DNA of 49,931 bases, taken from positions 1-49,931 of the forward strand of contig JASFYY010000059.1 of the NCBI GenBank assembly GCA_045046875.1, in the 5' to 3' direction. The position numbers and the translations under genes were made by a program. Positions 1 through 9,328 of the stretch are shown piece after piece. Origin of the DNA: Verrucomicrobiota bacterium. Its GTDB lineage: Bacteria; Verrucomicrobiota; Verrucomicrobiia; Verrucomicrobiales; DEV007. Positions within the stretch are counted from its first letter, which is position 1, and every line of letters begins with the position of its first letter. The notes under the pieces are model-generated. The model was not told where the DNA came from. It saw only the letters and a list, made by a program, of their open reading frames with translations, and did not search any database.

Positions 1-28
1 GTTGGTTCGAAACCAACCGCAGGAGCCA
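1..28 (+). tRNA. 3' part of a tRNA, probably tRNA-Asn (truncated by the window edge)
   Basis: GTTGG-TTCGAAA-CCAAC T-arm, followed by acceptor strand CGCAGGA, discriminator G and encoded CCA. The ...GGAGCCA end (implied 5' TCC) is typical of tRNA-Asn. The anticodon lies outside the window. Confidence 0.8.
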
Positions 29-160
29 CTTTTATAAATATAAAAGTGTTAGGTTCAAAGCAACGGGTTCGAGTGCTTCCATTCCGCCGTCAATAACTAG
101 AGAAGCCCCCCCTAATCTCCGAAAACCCGCTGAACCTTTAACCCAGAAAACTCAACCCCC

Positions 161-247
161 GCCACAAAGTGGCAACCCTATAACAGCCCAGAGGCAACGC
201 CCTGAGTAATCCGAACCAAACACCACAGAGCCCTGAATGGGCGGCAC
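161..247. repeat. REP-like tripartite palindromic element
   Basis: GCCACAAAGTGGC hairpin, then AGCCCAGAGGCAACGCCCTGAGT, then AGCCCTGAATGGGCG. Same architecture as the two copies at 11751-11934. Confidence 0.65.
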
Positions 248-333
248 TAAAAAGGTTGGAAACGGGAGCCCTTTACTGACACCATTTTTTTTCAGACTGA
301 CTGAGCTCTGGGATCCCCAGCCCCTCTTGCCTG

Positions 334-759
334 CTAATTCAGTAACTTGAAATCCAAACCAGAATAGCGTCGAAAGCCTTTATCGAACGTGACTAATTGA
401 AGCGAAGCGGTTTTTGCAAAAGCCGCCAAAAACGCGTCATTCCAGATTTTAACGGGGAAAAATTCATCGCTGGTCAATTTTCTCCATTCACCCTCAATAG
501 CGGCCGGCTCGCCTTGCCAAAAAACCCGGCTGTCACTCAATAATAAATCATAAGCATCCCAAGCTTCAGGAAGCGAAAGCGCATCACTTGCAAATATTTT
601 TGTATTGGTTGAAAGCCGCAAATATCCCTGCTGTGTCATTCGGCAAAAAACACAATTCCGGGCATTCTGCTGATTAAACCAAAATAGAGCTGCCTGATGA
701 TGTGGATGTCCCGAAAATGACAGAGCCAGCCATACGTTAATGTCTGGCAAGTATCTCAC
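334..759 (-). CDS. vapC: PIN-domain ribonuclease toxin, VapC family
   Basis: N-terminal YLPDINVWLAL and C-terminal WNDAFLAAFA...LVTFDKGF acidic PIN motifs; 141 aa; overlaps the upstream antitoxin. Confidence 0.9.
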   Translation of the reverse strand: MRYLPDINVWLALSFSGHPHHQAALFWFNQQNARNCVFCRMTQQGYLRLSTNTKIFASDALSLPEAWDAYDLLLSDSRVFWQGEPAAIEGEWRKLTSDEFFPVKIWNDAFLAAFAKTASLQLVTFDKGFRRYSGLDFKLLN

Positions 760-991
760 GATCTTCTTCGTCTAAAATTTCCGCCACATCTTTTGCTGAT
801 ATCGAGTAAGACAACTCTTTCGATTTCACGATAGGCAACCTGATTCGAACCGTTTTTTCCACATCGTTGCTCTCGCCCAATTCCTCACGAACAGCTCTCA
901 GTAGCCAATCTTTAAGGGATTTCCCTTCAAGCGCTGCGCTTGCTTTCACCTTCCTGAATAGCGCATCCGGAATGTCGATTGTGGTTCGCAT
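737..991 (-). CDS. vapB: Antitoxin, VapB-like ribbon-helix-helix protein
   Basis: MRTTIDIPDALFRKVKASAALEGKSLKDWL RHH-like N-terminus and acidic C-terminus, directly upstream of the PIN toxin. Start placed at ATG 991; an in-frame ATG at 1015 lies inside the repeat. Confidence 0.85.
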   Translation of the reverse strand: MRTTIDIPDALFRKVKASAALEGKSLKDWLLRAVREELGESNDVEKTVRIRLPIVKSKELSYSISAKDVAEILDEEDREILARH

Positions 992-1019
992 AAAAGCATA
1001 AAAGCATAAAAGCATAAAA
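988..1019. repeat. 4 x GCATAAAA perfect tandem repeat over the antitoxin start (probable operator)
   Basis: Units at 988, 996, 1004 and 1012, read directly from the sequence. Confidence 0.85.
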
Positions 1020-1157
1020 ATGACTAAATCGCAAGATCTATTAAATATGAATAATATCTTAATTATGTCCGCCTACCGTTTTCCTTCTCCTCTTCCGAAC
1101 ACATATTTCCCTCCCCCAATCACAATCACCTCCACCAAGAATTCCCGTAATTTCACC

Positions 1158-1790
1158 TCATGGTTTCTCACCATATCGATTGGGTCCATCTGTACCGGGC
1201 ATGAATCCTGTTTCAATAAATTGCCACAAACCTCCAATGACAGGAACAAAAAGTAATAATATCCAGACTCCCGATTTATCCCGATCATGCCATCGTCTGA
1301 CATTGCACGAAAGGCTTATTAGAAAAAAGACAAGCAATACGACCAGAAATATAATCAACTGGATATTGACAGCATTCACTAAATCCTCCTCATCCAGGTG
1401 GTTTTGATTCACCACGAATACCGCATTGACGAGTGACAAGATCACCCCCACAACAAATACTCCTCCAAGCTTGATCGCCCAGAAATAACTACGTGGCAAT
1501 CGACCTGAAAATGAAAACAACAAACTGAAAATCCCAAGCTTAGGTTTTTTACTCCTTTGCAGGATCGCGTATGCGGCACTTCCTGAAGGAGGGTTTATAG
1601 ATTGACTGCGCAAAGCAGGAATTGGAGGCAACTGAGACTCAGGCTGAGGCACGGGTAAATTCGCGGCCTGAAATCCTGAAATATCCGGCAAAACCATCTC
1701 AGACTGACAACTGGGACATGCGGCAACCGTTCCCGCATGTTCTTCAAAAATCTCGATCTCTTGGTTGCAGGTTGGACAGTTAATGGTCAT
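1158..1790 (-). CDS. DUF805 (YhaH/YhaI-like) membrane protein with N-terminal zinc ribbon
   Basis: FSFSGRLPRSYFW...VRRWHDRDKSG.W...PGTDGPNRYG DUF805 signature; CPTC...CPSC at the N-terminus. Confidence 0.85.
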   Translation of the reverse strand: MTINCPTCNQEIEIFEEHAGTVAACPSCQSEMVLPDISGFQAANLPVPQPESQLPPIPALRSQSINPPSGSAAYAILQRSKKPKLGIFSLLFSFSGRLPRSYFWAIKLGGVFVVGVILSLVNAVFVVNQNHLDEEDLVNAVNIQLIIFLVVLLVFFLISLSCNVRRWHDRDKSGVWILLLFVPVIGGLWQFIETGFMPGTDGPNRYGEKP

Positions 1791-1951
1791 GGATCAGCTT
1801 CTTCTATCAATGATTGATAAATGATGCGTTGCATCAATGTCGATGAAAAAAATAGTGAAGTTTTCGTTTCTGTGCTGTTGAAACACAAAAATATTGCTGA
1901 GACAGAAGTTTTCATTATTTCCAAAATTGATCTTCGATCAATATGAGTTAC

Positions 1952-2557
1952 TCACCCTTCCCTATCTTGAGAAAGAATACCTAAACACATCTCACATTTC
2001 TCCACAAACCCATCATCCCAGCCATAACCACTCATCTTTTTAATTCCCCAGTGCATTGGAGCAATAATATTCTGAGTAGGTTCATGGAGCAGGGTCGATT
2101 CCCAATAGGGAGAATCGGCAACCCAGCAAAGTTGCGAACAATCTCTCTGGAGAACATGAGCCACCAACAAACCAAATTCAATGCAGAGAATTTTATAATC
2201 ATTTGAATCGTCAGTCGGATCAGAATCTTTGATCAATCTCTCAATGACAGATTCATTATAATAATTGTCAACCGTTTCAAGCCAAGTGGAATCAGGGGGG
2301 GCCGGAAGTCCGTGTGAACGTCCAAAGTCAGAAATTGCAGCCTTCGTCATAGTATCCAAATGATCACAAATCGCTGTTTGCCCCTCTTCGTCCAAGGTAC
2401 TCACTTCACAAACCAGAGTTCCATTCGGATATTCAGAACTCATCATATCCGGGCGAGTCAGTTTACCAAAGGGGTAACGATCCGCATCCGGCACTGAATA
2501 ATGAGGAAGAAAAAAACGAACAAAAAGTTCATCACAATGCGGTAGGCCAGAGCTCAT
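1952..2557 (-). CDS. Hypothetical protein (acidic; C-terminal half loosely DUF3806-like)
   Basis: 201-aa ORF filling the gap in an AT-rich region; EFGLLVAHVL...W....P.....KK pattern. Family assignment is tentative. Confidence 0.65.
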   Translation of the reverse strand: MSSGLPHCDELFVRFFLPHYSVPDADRYPFGKLTRPDMMSSEYPNGTLVCEVSTLDEEGQTAICDHLDTMTKAAISDFGRSHGLPAPPDSTWLETVDNYYNESVIERLIKDSDPTDDSNDYKILCIEFGLLVAHVLQRDCSQLCWVADSPYWESTLLHEPTQNIIAPMHWGIKKMSGYGWDDGFVEKCEMCLGILSQDREG

Positions 2558-2604
2558 TTATTTTTTCAACGACTCATAATTTTTCATTCTCCATTCTCCC
2601 CCCC

Positions 2605-3537
2605 CTACCCCTCCACATGATGCTCTTCATGCACCACATCGTGATCCTCCGCTGACTCCAGATGAGTCGTCAGATGCACCTTGTCTTCGCATGCATCGGC
2701 CACCGCTTGTTCAATCTCAGTAGCTATCGAATGCGCATCCTTCAGAGAAATGCCCTCGGGAAAAAGCAAATGAACCTCCGCCCACAAAGAATCGCCCAAA
2801 TCGCGGTAACGCAGTTTATGATAATTTAATTGCCGGGATTCAACTTCCTTGCGCAAAGTTTTTTCAAGACTTTTCCCCAATTCGGGCTCCACCCGATCCA
2901 TCAATCCGTGCACCGAGCGGGACATCAGATGCACCCCCACCCACGCCATGTTAAAACCCACCGCGATCGCGCAAATAGGATCCCAGTATTTCCACCCGGT
3001 GACCCAGGTCAACAAAAGCCCTATGATCACCCCCAAGCTAGTATAACAGTCAGCCAATACATGTTGGCCATTGGCCTCCAACACAATCGAGCGCTGCTTT
3101 TTCCCTGTTTTCAGCAGATACAGTCCCACCACCCCGGTCAGAACCACCACCACGGCAGTAAACCATATTCCCACATCCGGGCGGCTGATGCGCGGTTCAC
3201 GGATCAGATCATTCACCGACTCAAAAGCCACGAACATCGCCGCCCCAGTGATCAAAGCCCCTTCAACCCCGGATGAAAAAAACGCGATCTTGGCGTGACC
3301 ATAGGGGTGGGTGGAGTCCGCCGGTTTGAATGAAAGTTTGAGACTGAAATAAGCAAAACCCACCGCCACGATATGCACCACCGACTCCGCCGCATCACTC
3401 AATACCGCCACCGATTCACTGAACCACGCCCCCGCGCCCTTGAACACCAACATCACCACCCCCAAAGCCAAAGAGATGCGCATCGCAAACATCAAATGCG
3501 CATGCTCCTCCGGACTACGTGATTTGATCCCTTCCAT
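2605..3537 (-). CDS. Cation diffusion facilitator (CDF) transporter, FieF-like
   Basis: SVAVLSDAAES, KPADSTHPYGHAK and HVLAD motifs; TM helices, C-terminal dimerisation domain and His-rich tail. Confidence 0.93.
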   Translation of the reverse strand: MEGIKSRSPEEHAHLMFAMRISLALGVVMLVFKGAGAWFSESVAVLSDAAESVVHIVAVGFAYFSLKLSFKPADSTHPYGHAKIAFFSSGVEGALITGAAMFVAFESVNDLIREPRISRPDVGIWFTAVVVVLTGVVGLYLLKTGKKQRSIVLEANGQHVLADCYTSLGVIIGLLLTWVTGWKYWDPICAIAVGFNMAWVGVHLMSRSVHGLMDRVEPELGKSLEKTLRKEVESRQLNYHKLRYRDLGDSLWAEVHLLFPEGISLKDAHSIATEIEQAVADACEDKVHLTTHLESAEDHDVVHEEHHVEG

Positions 3538-3567
3538 ATCCTAAATGCTCTATCCTAAATGCTAAAT

Positions 3568-4815
3568 TCACTCATTAATTTCAAAATACAAAATGGAAGC
3601 GCTATGCCCCTTGCTGCCCTCCACTTTATCCTCGATCAAGCGCAAAACCAATTGATGCCGCCCCGACGTCAAGCCTGTAGCAAAAGTCACGCTGCGCGGA
3701 TAATTCAAACCCTTGCTGTGTTTGTGAAAAAGCTTTTTTTTCTGCCAGGGCGCCCCATCCACGCTCACTTCAACCATGCCCGCATCAGGTCCGGCCAGCA
3801 CAAAGGCTCCGATCGACCGGCCTTGAAAATTCAAATACAAAGTAGTGCCGGGATCATCTCCGCGCAGCACCTGGTATTTTTCATAACGTGACCGGATCGC
3901 GCCTACTGGCAACAAAGCCTTGCCCACTTTGCCATACTTCCAGCCGCCCAACCAATAAGCATCCTGCACATCGATGAACTTGCCTCCTTCATAATTCCCC
4001 TGATCCAGGGGTTCCGGCAGAACGTAAGGTTTCATTTCGGCGCTACCCTCCAATTCTCCCTCCATTCCTCGCTGCAAAGCAGAAATGATCAAGTTAACCG
4101 CCACCTGGTATCCAAAAGGCTTGGGATGGGTGCCGCCGTAATCCTTCCACTCGTAACGCCCCTCCTTCACTGCAGCCGCTATCTCCGCCGCCACGTTCAC
4201 TGAAGAAATCCCATAATGTTCGGCAACCGCTTCGTGAGCTGCAATCGTCAAAGGAACTTCACCTTTCAACAAAGTTGCCAACATTCCTGGATTCACATAC
4301 TGCACCATCAAAATATCCGCCTGGGGCTGCTTCTGGCGCAAATGACGCACGATGCCCTCCATTCCCTGGATGCACTCATCCCTACTATGGGCTGCATCCT
4401 GGTCATCATTGACCGCAAATTCCACGATCAACAAATCCACCCGTCCACCCGCCAGTACATCACCCTCTAATCGAAAAGCTCCGCTTGTCGAACAAGTCGA
4501 AGAAATACCCGCATTGGTGAATTGAAAATTCGCCTGGGGAAACTTCTTTTTCAACCAAGCCGGAACCTGCGAGCTATGCCCATGGGCAGCTTCGGTGATC
4601 GAACCACCCAAAGTGACCACTCGTGTCGGTTGTCCTGATTCAGCCCGTTGCCGCAAGCGCTTAAAATCTCCACGCATCTTCACCCTCGCATTCTGAGGGG
4701 AGATCTCTGCGCGTGGATCTTGTTTCGCCTCTTCCGCCGCCTCTTCCGCCGCCACTTGCCCGAGCACGGATAGCCATCCTACGATCATTATTGCCGGAAA
4801 ATTCACTCTCATCAT
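3568..4815 (-). CDS. Secreted SGNH/GDSL hydrolase
   Basis: LGGSIT, NAGISST, EFAVND and GTHP blocks; signal peptide. Start estimated at ATG 4815. Confidence 0.85.
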   Translation of the reverse strand: MMRVNFPAIMIVGWLSVLGQVAAEEAAEEAKQDPRAEISPQNARVKMRGDFKRLRQRAESGQPTRVVTLGGSITEAAHGHSSQVPAWLKKKFPQANFQFTNAGISSTCSTSGAFRLEGDVLAGGRVDLLIVEFAVNDDQDAAHSRDECIQGMEGIVRHLRQKQPQADILMVQYVNPGMLATLLKGEVPLTIAAHEAVAEHYGISSVNVAAEIAAAVKEGRYEWKDYGGTHPKPFGYQVAVNLIISALQRGMEGELEGSAEMKPYVLPEPLDQGNYEGGKFIDVQDAYWLGGWKYGKVGKALLPVGAIRSRYEKYQVLRGDDPGTTLYLNFQGRSIGAFVLAGPDAGMVEVSVDGAPWQKKKLFHKHSKGLNYPRSVTFATGLTSGRHQLVLRLIEDKVEGSKGHSASILYFEINE

Positions 4816-4929
4816 TTTGCTTTTCAGTTGCCTACTTATTCGAACTTTTGTGTGATTCCACTTTTTCACGCAATCACTTGCCGATTACATAACTATGCCC
4901 GACTTTTTGCAATCACACACTTATATATA

Positions 4930-6321
4930 ATGAATTTCCCCTCACTTCCCCACCTCCTATTACTGGCATTTTCCTGCTTCCTGATCAAAACTCCAAGCAC
5001 TCAAGCCGCTCAAACTACAACACCTGCCCCCAACATCGTCTTCATCATGGTCGACGATCTCGGATACGGTGACCTCTCGGCCTATGGGGCTCCCGACCTC
5101 AAAACTCCCAACATCGACCAGCTGTTTGCCTCGGGCATGCGCTTCGACCAGTTTTATGCCAACTGCCCGGTCTGTTCGCCCACCCGTGCGGCATTTCTCA
5201 GCGGACGTTACCCCGACATGGCAGGCGTGCCCGGCGTCATCCGCACTCAGGTTCCTAATCGCCCCAGCAATAACTGGGGTGATCTCGGCGATGACCTGGT
5301 GCTGCTGCCCCGGCTCTTAAAAAAAGCCAATTACCACAGTGCGCTGATCGGCAAATGGCACCTCGGTTTGCAACAACCCGACCGCCCCACCGACCGTGGT
5401 TTTGACCTCTTCCACGGCTTCCTCGGTGACATGATGGATGACTACTACACCCACCTGCGCCATGGCAACAACTACATGCGGCTGAATGAAAAGACCATCG
5501 ATCCCAAAGGACATGCCACTGACCTGTTCAGCGACTGGGCCATCGACTACCTCACCGAACGGGCACAGCATAAAGAGCAGCCCTTCTTTCTCTACCTCGC
5601 TTATAATGCCCCACACACCCCGATCCAACCGCCTGAGGACTGGCTGGCCAAAGTACAGGCGAGGGAAAAAGGGATCAGCGAAAAACGCGCCAAAATCGTC
5701 GCCCTCATCGAACACCTCGATCACGGAACCGGGCGTGTGCTCGATGCACTGAAACAACTCAACCTCAGCGACAACACCCTCATCGTCTTCACCTCCGACA
5801 ATGGTGGCCATGTCGCTGCCGGAGCCCGAAATGCTCCCCTGCACGGAGGAAAACAGGAAATGTGGGAGGGCGGCATTCGCGTCTGCACCGCCGTCTCCTG
5901 GCCGGGAAAAATTGCCCCCGGCAGCCGCAGTCAACATCGTTCGTTGACGATGGATTTTTATCCCACTCTAGCGGAAGTCGCCGGAGCAGCGATCGACCAC
6001 CCCATCGACGCACGTAGCTTCCTGCCTGTTTTATTCGGAAAAAAATTCACCGAAAGCCGTCCCGAACAAGTATGGATGCGACTCGAAGGCGGTCGCAAAT
6101 ACGGCGGCCTGATCTACCACGCCATCCGCATCGGCGATTGGAAACTGCTGCGCAATACCCCCTTCGAACCTTATCAAATGTTCAACATCGCCAAGGACCC
6201 CACTGAAGAGCATGCCATCCCCCGCGAAAAAGCTCCTAAAAAATATGATAACCTGTTCAACCAACTGAGCATCCACATCAACCAGGCAGGCAGAGTCCCC
6301 TGGCAACGAAAAAACGAGTGA
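4930..6321 (+). CDS. Arylsulfatase (formylglycine-dependent, family S1)
   Basis: PNIVFIMVDDLGYGD, CSPTRAAFLSG, GKWHLG and TSDNG motifs; signal peptide after ATG 4930. Confidence 0.95.
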   Translation: MNFPSLPHLLLLAFSCFLIKTPSTQAAQTTTPAPNIVFIMVDDLGYGDLSAYGAPDLKTPNIDQLFASGMRFDQFYANCPVCSPTRAAFLSGRYPDMAGVPGVIRTQVPNRPSNNWGDLGDDLVLLPRLLKKANYHSALIGKWHLGLQQPDRPTDRGFDLFHGFLGDMMDDYYTHLRHGNNYMRLNEKTIDPKGHATDLFSDWAIDYLTERAQHKEQPFFLYLAYNAPHTPIQPPEDWLAKVQAREKGISEKRAKIVALIEHLDHGTGRVLDALKQLNLSDNTLIVFTSDNGGHVAAGARNAPLHGGKQEMWEGGIRVCTAVSWPGKIAPGSRSQHRSLTMDFYPTLAEVAGAAIDHPIDARSFLPVLFGKKFTESRPEQVWMRLEGGRKYGGLIYHAIRIGDWKLLRNTPFEPYQMFNIAKDPTEEHAIPREKAPKKYDNLFNQLSIHINQAGRVPWQRKNE

Positions 6322-6366
6322 TTGGCATATACAAATACTGGTCAGCTTTCATTTATACCCCTCACC

Positions 6367-7068
6367 ATGGAATCCCTCCCGATCAGCCAACGTGGTGACC
6401 ACGGTTACGCCCCTGAAAGCTTCGGACAATCCGTCTTGAACCAAACACTCGAAGTGTGGATGCCCGAGAAAAAAACACGCCTGCTGATTCTCGCCGGACA
6501 GCACGGCGAAGAACCTGAAACCACCGTAGTTCTTTCCCGCGCCTTACGCACACTCAATCAACGCTCACCAGATTGCGCAGTGATTCTCAGTGCTAACCCA
6601 GACGGTATCCTTCACGGCACCAGAGGCAATGCCCGCGGCGTGGATCTGAATCGCAATTTTCCCTCCACCAACTGGTTTGAAAATAAAACCAGTTACCGAT
6701 GGAATCTGGATCGCCCCGATCAACGGATCAAACTCAGCCCGGGAGAGCACGCAAAATCCGAACCCGAAACCAAACACCTGCTCGAACTTGTAACAAGATT
6801 GCAACCACAACTGGTGATTTCCTTACATGCACCCTTAGCCTGCATCGATGACCCCCGGCTTTCCGAGCAAGGAAAACGGCTCAGCCTACAATCCGGACTA
6901 AAGCTAACCGATAACATTGGCTACCCTACTCCGGGCTCATTTGGATCTTGGGCGATTGAGAACGATGTGCACTTGATCACATTCGAACTCTCGCGATTAT
7001 CCATTGAAGAACTCTCGGCAAAGTTCAGCCCGCTGTTCACAGATGTTCTGACCGGAAAGCTATTGTAA
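6367..7068 (+). CDS. mpaA: Murein tripeptide amidase MpaA (M14 zinc carboxypeptidase)
   Basis: AGQHGEE, NPDG...RGNARGVDLNRNFP..NW, SEPET, SLHAPLACIDD and GYPTPGSFGSW, collinear with enterobacterial MpaA. Confidence 0.88.
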   Translation: MESLPISQRGDHGYAPESFGQSVLNQTLEVWMPEKKTRLLILAGQHGEEPETTVVLSRALRTLNQRSPDCAVILSANPDGILHGTRGNARGVDLNRNFPSTNWFENKTSYRWNLDRPDQRIKLSPGEHAKSEPETKHLLELVTRLQPQLVISLHAPLACIDDPRLSEQGKRLSLQSGLKLTDNIGYPTPGSFGSWAIENDVHLITFELSRLSIEELSAKFSPLFTDVLTGKLL

Positions 7069-7093
7069 AACTCCCCGCCTAATCGCACGCCGC

Positions 7094-9043
7094 CTATCTC
7101 CGACGATCGCCTCCGCGTCCGCCGCCACCTCCACGTCCTCCACGATCTCCACGATCTCCACGATCTCTCCAGCCTTCGCTGCGTCCGCCTCCGCGATCTT
7201 CACGATTACCACGTCCGCCTCGATCCTCACGACCACCTCGGTCTCCTCGGTCTTCCCGGCTATCACTGTCACCATCACCACCACCTTCACCGCGGTCATG
7301 ACCTAATTTAAAAGTGCGGCCGCCCAAACGGGATTTGCGGGTTTTCATCAACAGCTCGTCCACCACGTCATGGTTGACCTCGATGATACTGTGATCATCG
7401 TGAATTTTAATCCGTCCCAGCGTGCCATTGGGAATACCGGCTTCGCGATAGCACATGCCGGCGATGTCACCAGGCTTCATGCCTGCTTTTTTGCCCAAAC
7501 TTAAAAATAAAGTGGCTTTGCCGCCCTCCGCCTGCGGTTCATTACGAAAATTACTCGGCCCTTCTGAGCGGTCTCTGGGTTTGCGTTCGCGATCAGCTCT
7601 CGGACGATCCCGATCACCACCGCCCTCCTCGCGTTCCGCCTTACGACGTTCCTCCGCTCTTCGACCACGTTCAGGCCGTTCAGATCGCTCACGTCGCTCC
7701 CGGTGTGGACGCTCCGGACGATCTTCTTCGATAAACTGTCCCTCACGATTACCCTGTGCCTCTTTCAAAAGCGTGAACAAAGCACCGGCGATATCCGTTG
7801 CCGAGTGATCCTGGTCGAGCAAACGCTGCACCAGATCTTCATAGGATTTAAAATCTCCACCCTCCAAACGTTCTTTGACTGTATCAAAAAGCAAATCCGC
7901 ACGTTTACCCTCGACCTGCTCCTGTGAAGGAATCCTGCGACGTTCGATTTTCTGACGAATAAAACGCTCAATTGTCTGCAAACGATAGATCTCCCGACCA
8001 AAAACAAAACTGATCGCCCGACCCGAACGCCCCGCCCGACCGGTACGCCCGATGCGATGCACATAATCCTCCGGATCGTAAGGGATATCAAAATTGAATA
8101 CGATGTCGATATCATCGACATCCAGTCCACGTGCCGCCACATCAGTGGCCACCAAAATCTCCACCTGCCCGTCACGGAAACGTTTCAGCACCCGCTCGCG
8201 CAGATTCTGGCTGATATCCCCGTGCAGGCGATCCGCCGAATAACCCCGGCCGATCAAAGCCTCGGTGCACTCATCCACCATGCGTTTAGTGCTACAGAAA
8301 ACAATCGCCAACCGTGGCGGCTCCATGTCCAACAAACGGGACAGCACCTCCAATTTGGAACGACGACGCACCTCATAATAACACTGGTCGACCGAATCCA
8401 CCGTCAGCGCTTTGCGCTCCACCTCAATCGACTGCGGATCGGTCGAATAACGCCGTGTCAGCTTTTCCACCTGAGGATTCATCGTTGCTGAGAAAAACGA
8501 AGTCTGGCGATCCTTCGGCATGTCTTTCAACAGATCCTCCATGTCATCCTTGAACCCCATGTCCAACATGCGATCAGCCTCGTCCAGCACGATACACTTG
8601 ATGTTTTCTGTAGGAAAAGTCCGGCGGCGCAAATGGTCGAGCAGACGACCTGGCGTGCCCACCACAATATGCGTCCCCTGACGCAGCGCACGAATCTGAC
8701 GGTCAATCGGTGCCCCGCCATAAACCGGCACTGCACGCAAACCTCTCATCTTGGAGCCCAGACGATGCACCTCGTCACACACCTGCATACACAACTCACG
8801 AGTCGGACAAATGATCAAACACTGGGTTTTGGACAAAGACAGGTCAATCTTCTGCAATACCGGCAAAGTAAACGCCGCCGTTTTCCCGGAGCCGGTCTGT
8901 GACAAACCAATCAGATCGGTGCCTTCCAAGGCTGGAGGAATCGCCAGCGCCTGAATCGGCGAAGGTTTTTCATAGCCCAGCACCTCAATGGCAGCAAGGA
9001 TTTCATCCGATAAACCCAATTCTTTAAATGACGGCGTTTCCAT
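7094..9043 (-). CDS. deaD: DEAD-box RNA helicase DeaD/CsdA with DbpA-type RNA-binding domain and RG-rich tail
   Basis: Q motif, QTGSGKT, PTREL, TPGRLLD, DEAD, SAT, ARGLD and [26 protein letters not shown]bpA domain. Confidence 0.93.
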   Translation of the reverse strand: METPSFKELGLSDEILAAIEVLGYEKPSPIQALAIPPALEGTDLIGLSQTGSGKTAAFTLPVLQKIDLSLSKTQCLIICPTRELCMQVCDEVHRLGSKMRGLRAVPVYGGAPIDRQIRALRQGTHIVVGTPGRLLDHLRRRTFPTENIKCIVLDEADRMLDMGFKDDMEDLLKDMPKDRQTSFFSATMNPQVEKLTRRYSTDPQSIEVERKALTVDSVDQCYYEVRRRSKLEVLSRLLDMEPPRLAIVFCSTKRMVDECTEALIGRGYSADRLHGDISQNLRERVLKRFRDGQVEILVATDVAARGLDVDDIDIVFNFDIPYDPEDYVHRIGRTGRAGRSGRAISFVFGREIYRLQTIERFIRQKIERRRIPSQEQVEGKRADLLFDTVKERLEGGDFKSYEDLVQRLLDQDHSATDIAGALFTLLKEAQGNREGQFIEEDRPERPHRERRERSERPERGRRAEERRKAEREEGGGDRDRPRADRERKPRDRSEGPSNFRNEPQAEGGKATLFLSLGKKAGMKPGDIAGMCYREAGIPNGTLGRIKIHDDHSIIEVNHDVVDELLMKTRKSRLGGRTFKLGHDRGEGGGDGDSDSREDRGDRGGREDRGGRGNREDRGGGRSEGWRDRGDRGDRGGRGGGGGRGGDRRR

Positions 9044-9233
9044 CTGTAAATAATAGCAAAAGTTTCAAAACCACAGCGTTCATGATGAATTCACCACATA
9101 CAACGCCTCCGTAGGAGGAAAGTCTCCCTTTCGAAGCCCACCCATCGCCGAGTTTGGTGCAAATTGCAACGCAAATTGAGCAAGCCCCCCAGCTTTTTAA
9201 AATCCCTCCCTCAATTTCAATTCATCCAGCCAC

Positions 9234-9268
9234 AAAAAAACGCCCCCCTTCACTAGGAAGAGAGGCGT
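9234..9268 (-). terminator. Rho-independent terminator of the 9329-9637 gene
   Basis: Minus strand ACGCCTCTCTTC-CTAGT-GAAGGGGGGCGT (12-bp stem with G-U pairs) followed by a U tract. Confidence 0.8.
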
Positions 9269-9328
9269 AAATTCCTTTGAGTCAGTCCATCAAGCGATGA
9301 ACGGCCTCAATATAAACCTTCAATAGGA

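Noticed and set aside
1020..1407. Short ORFs 1020-1256, 1073-1303 and 1180-1407
   Set aside because: They overlap the DUF805 gene and show no protein features.
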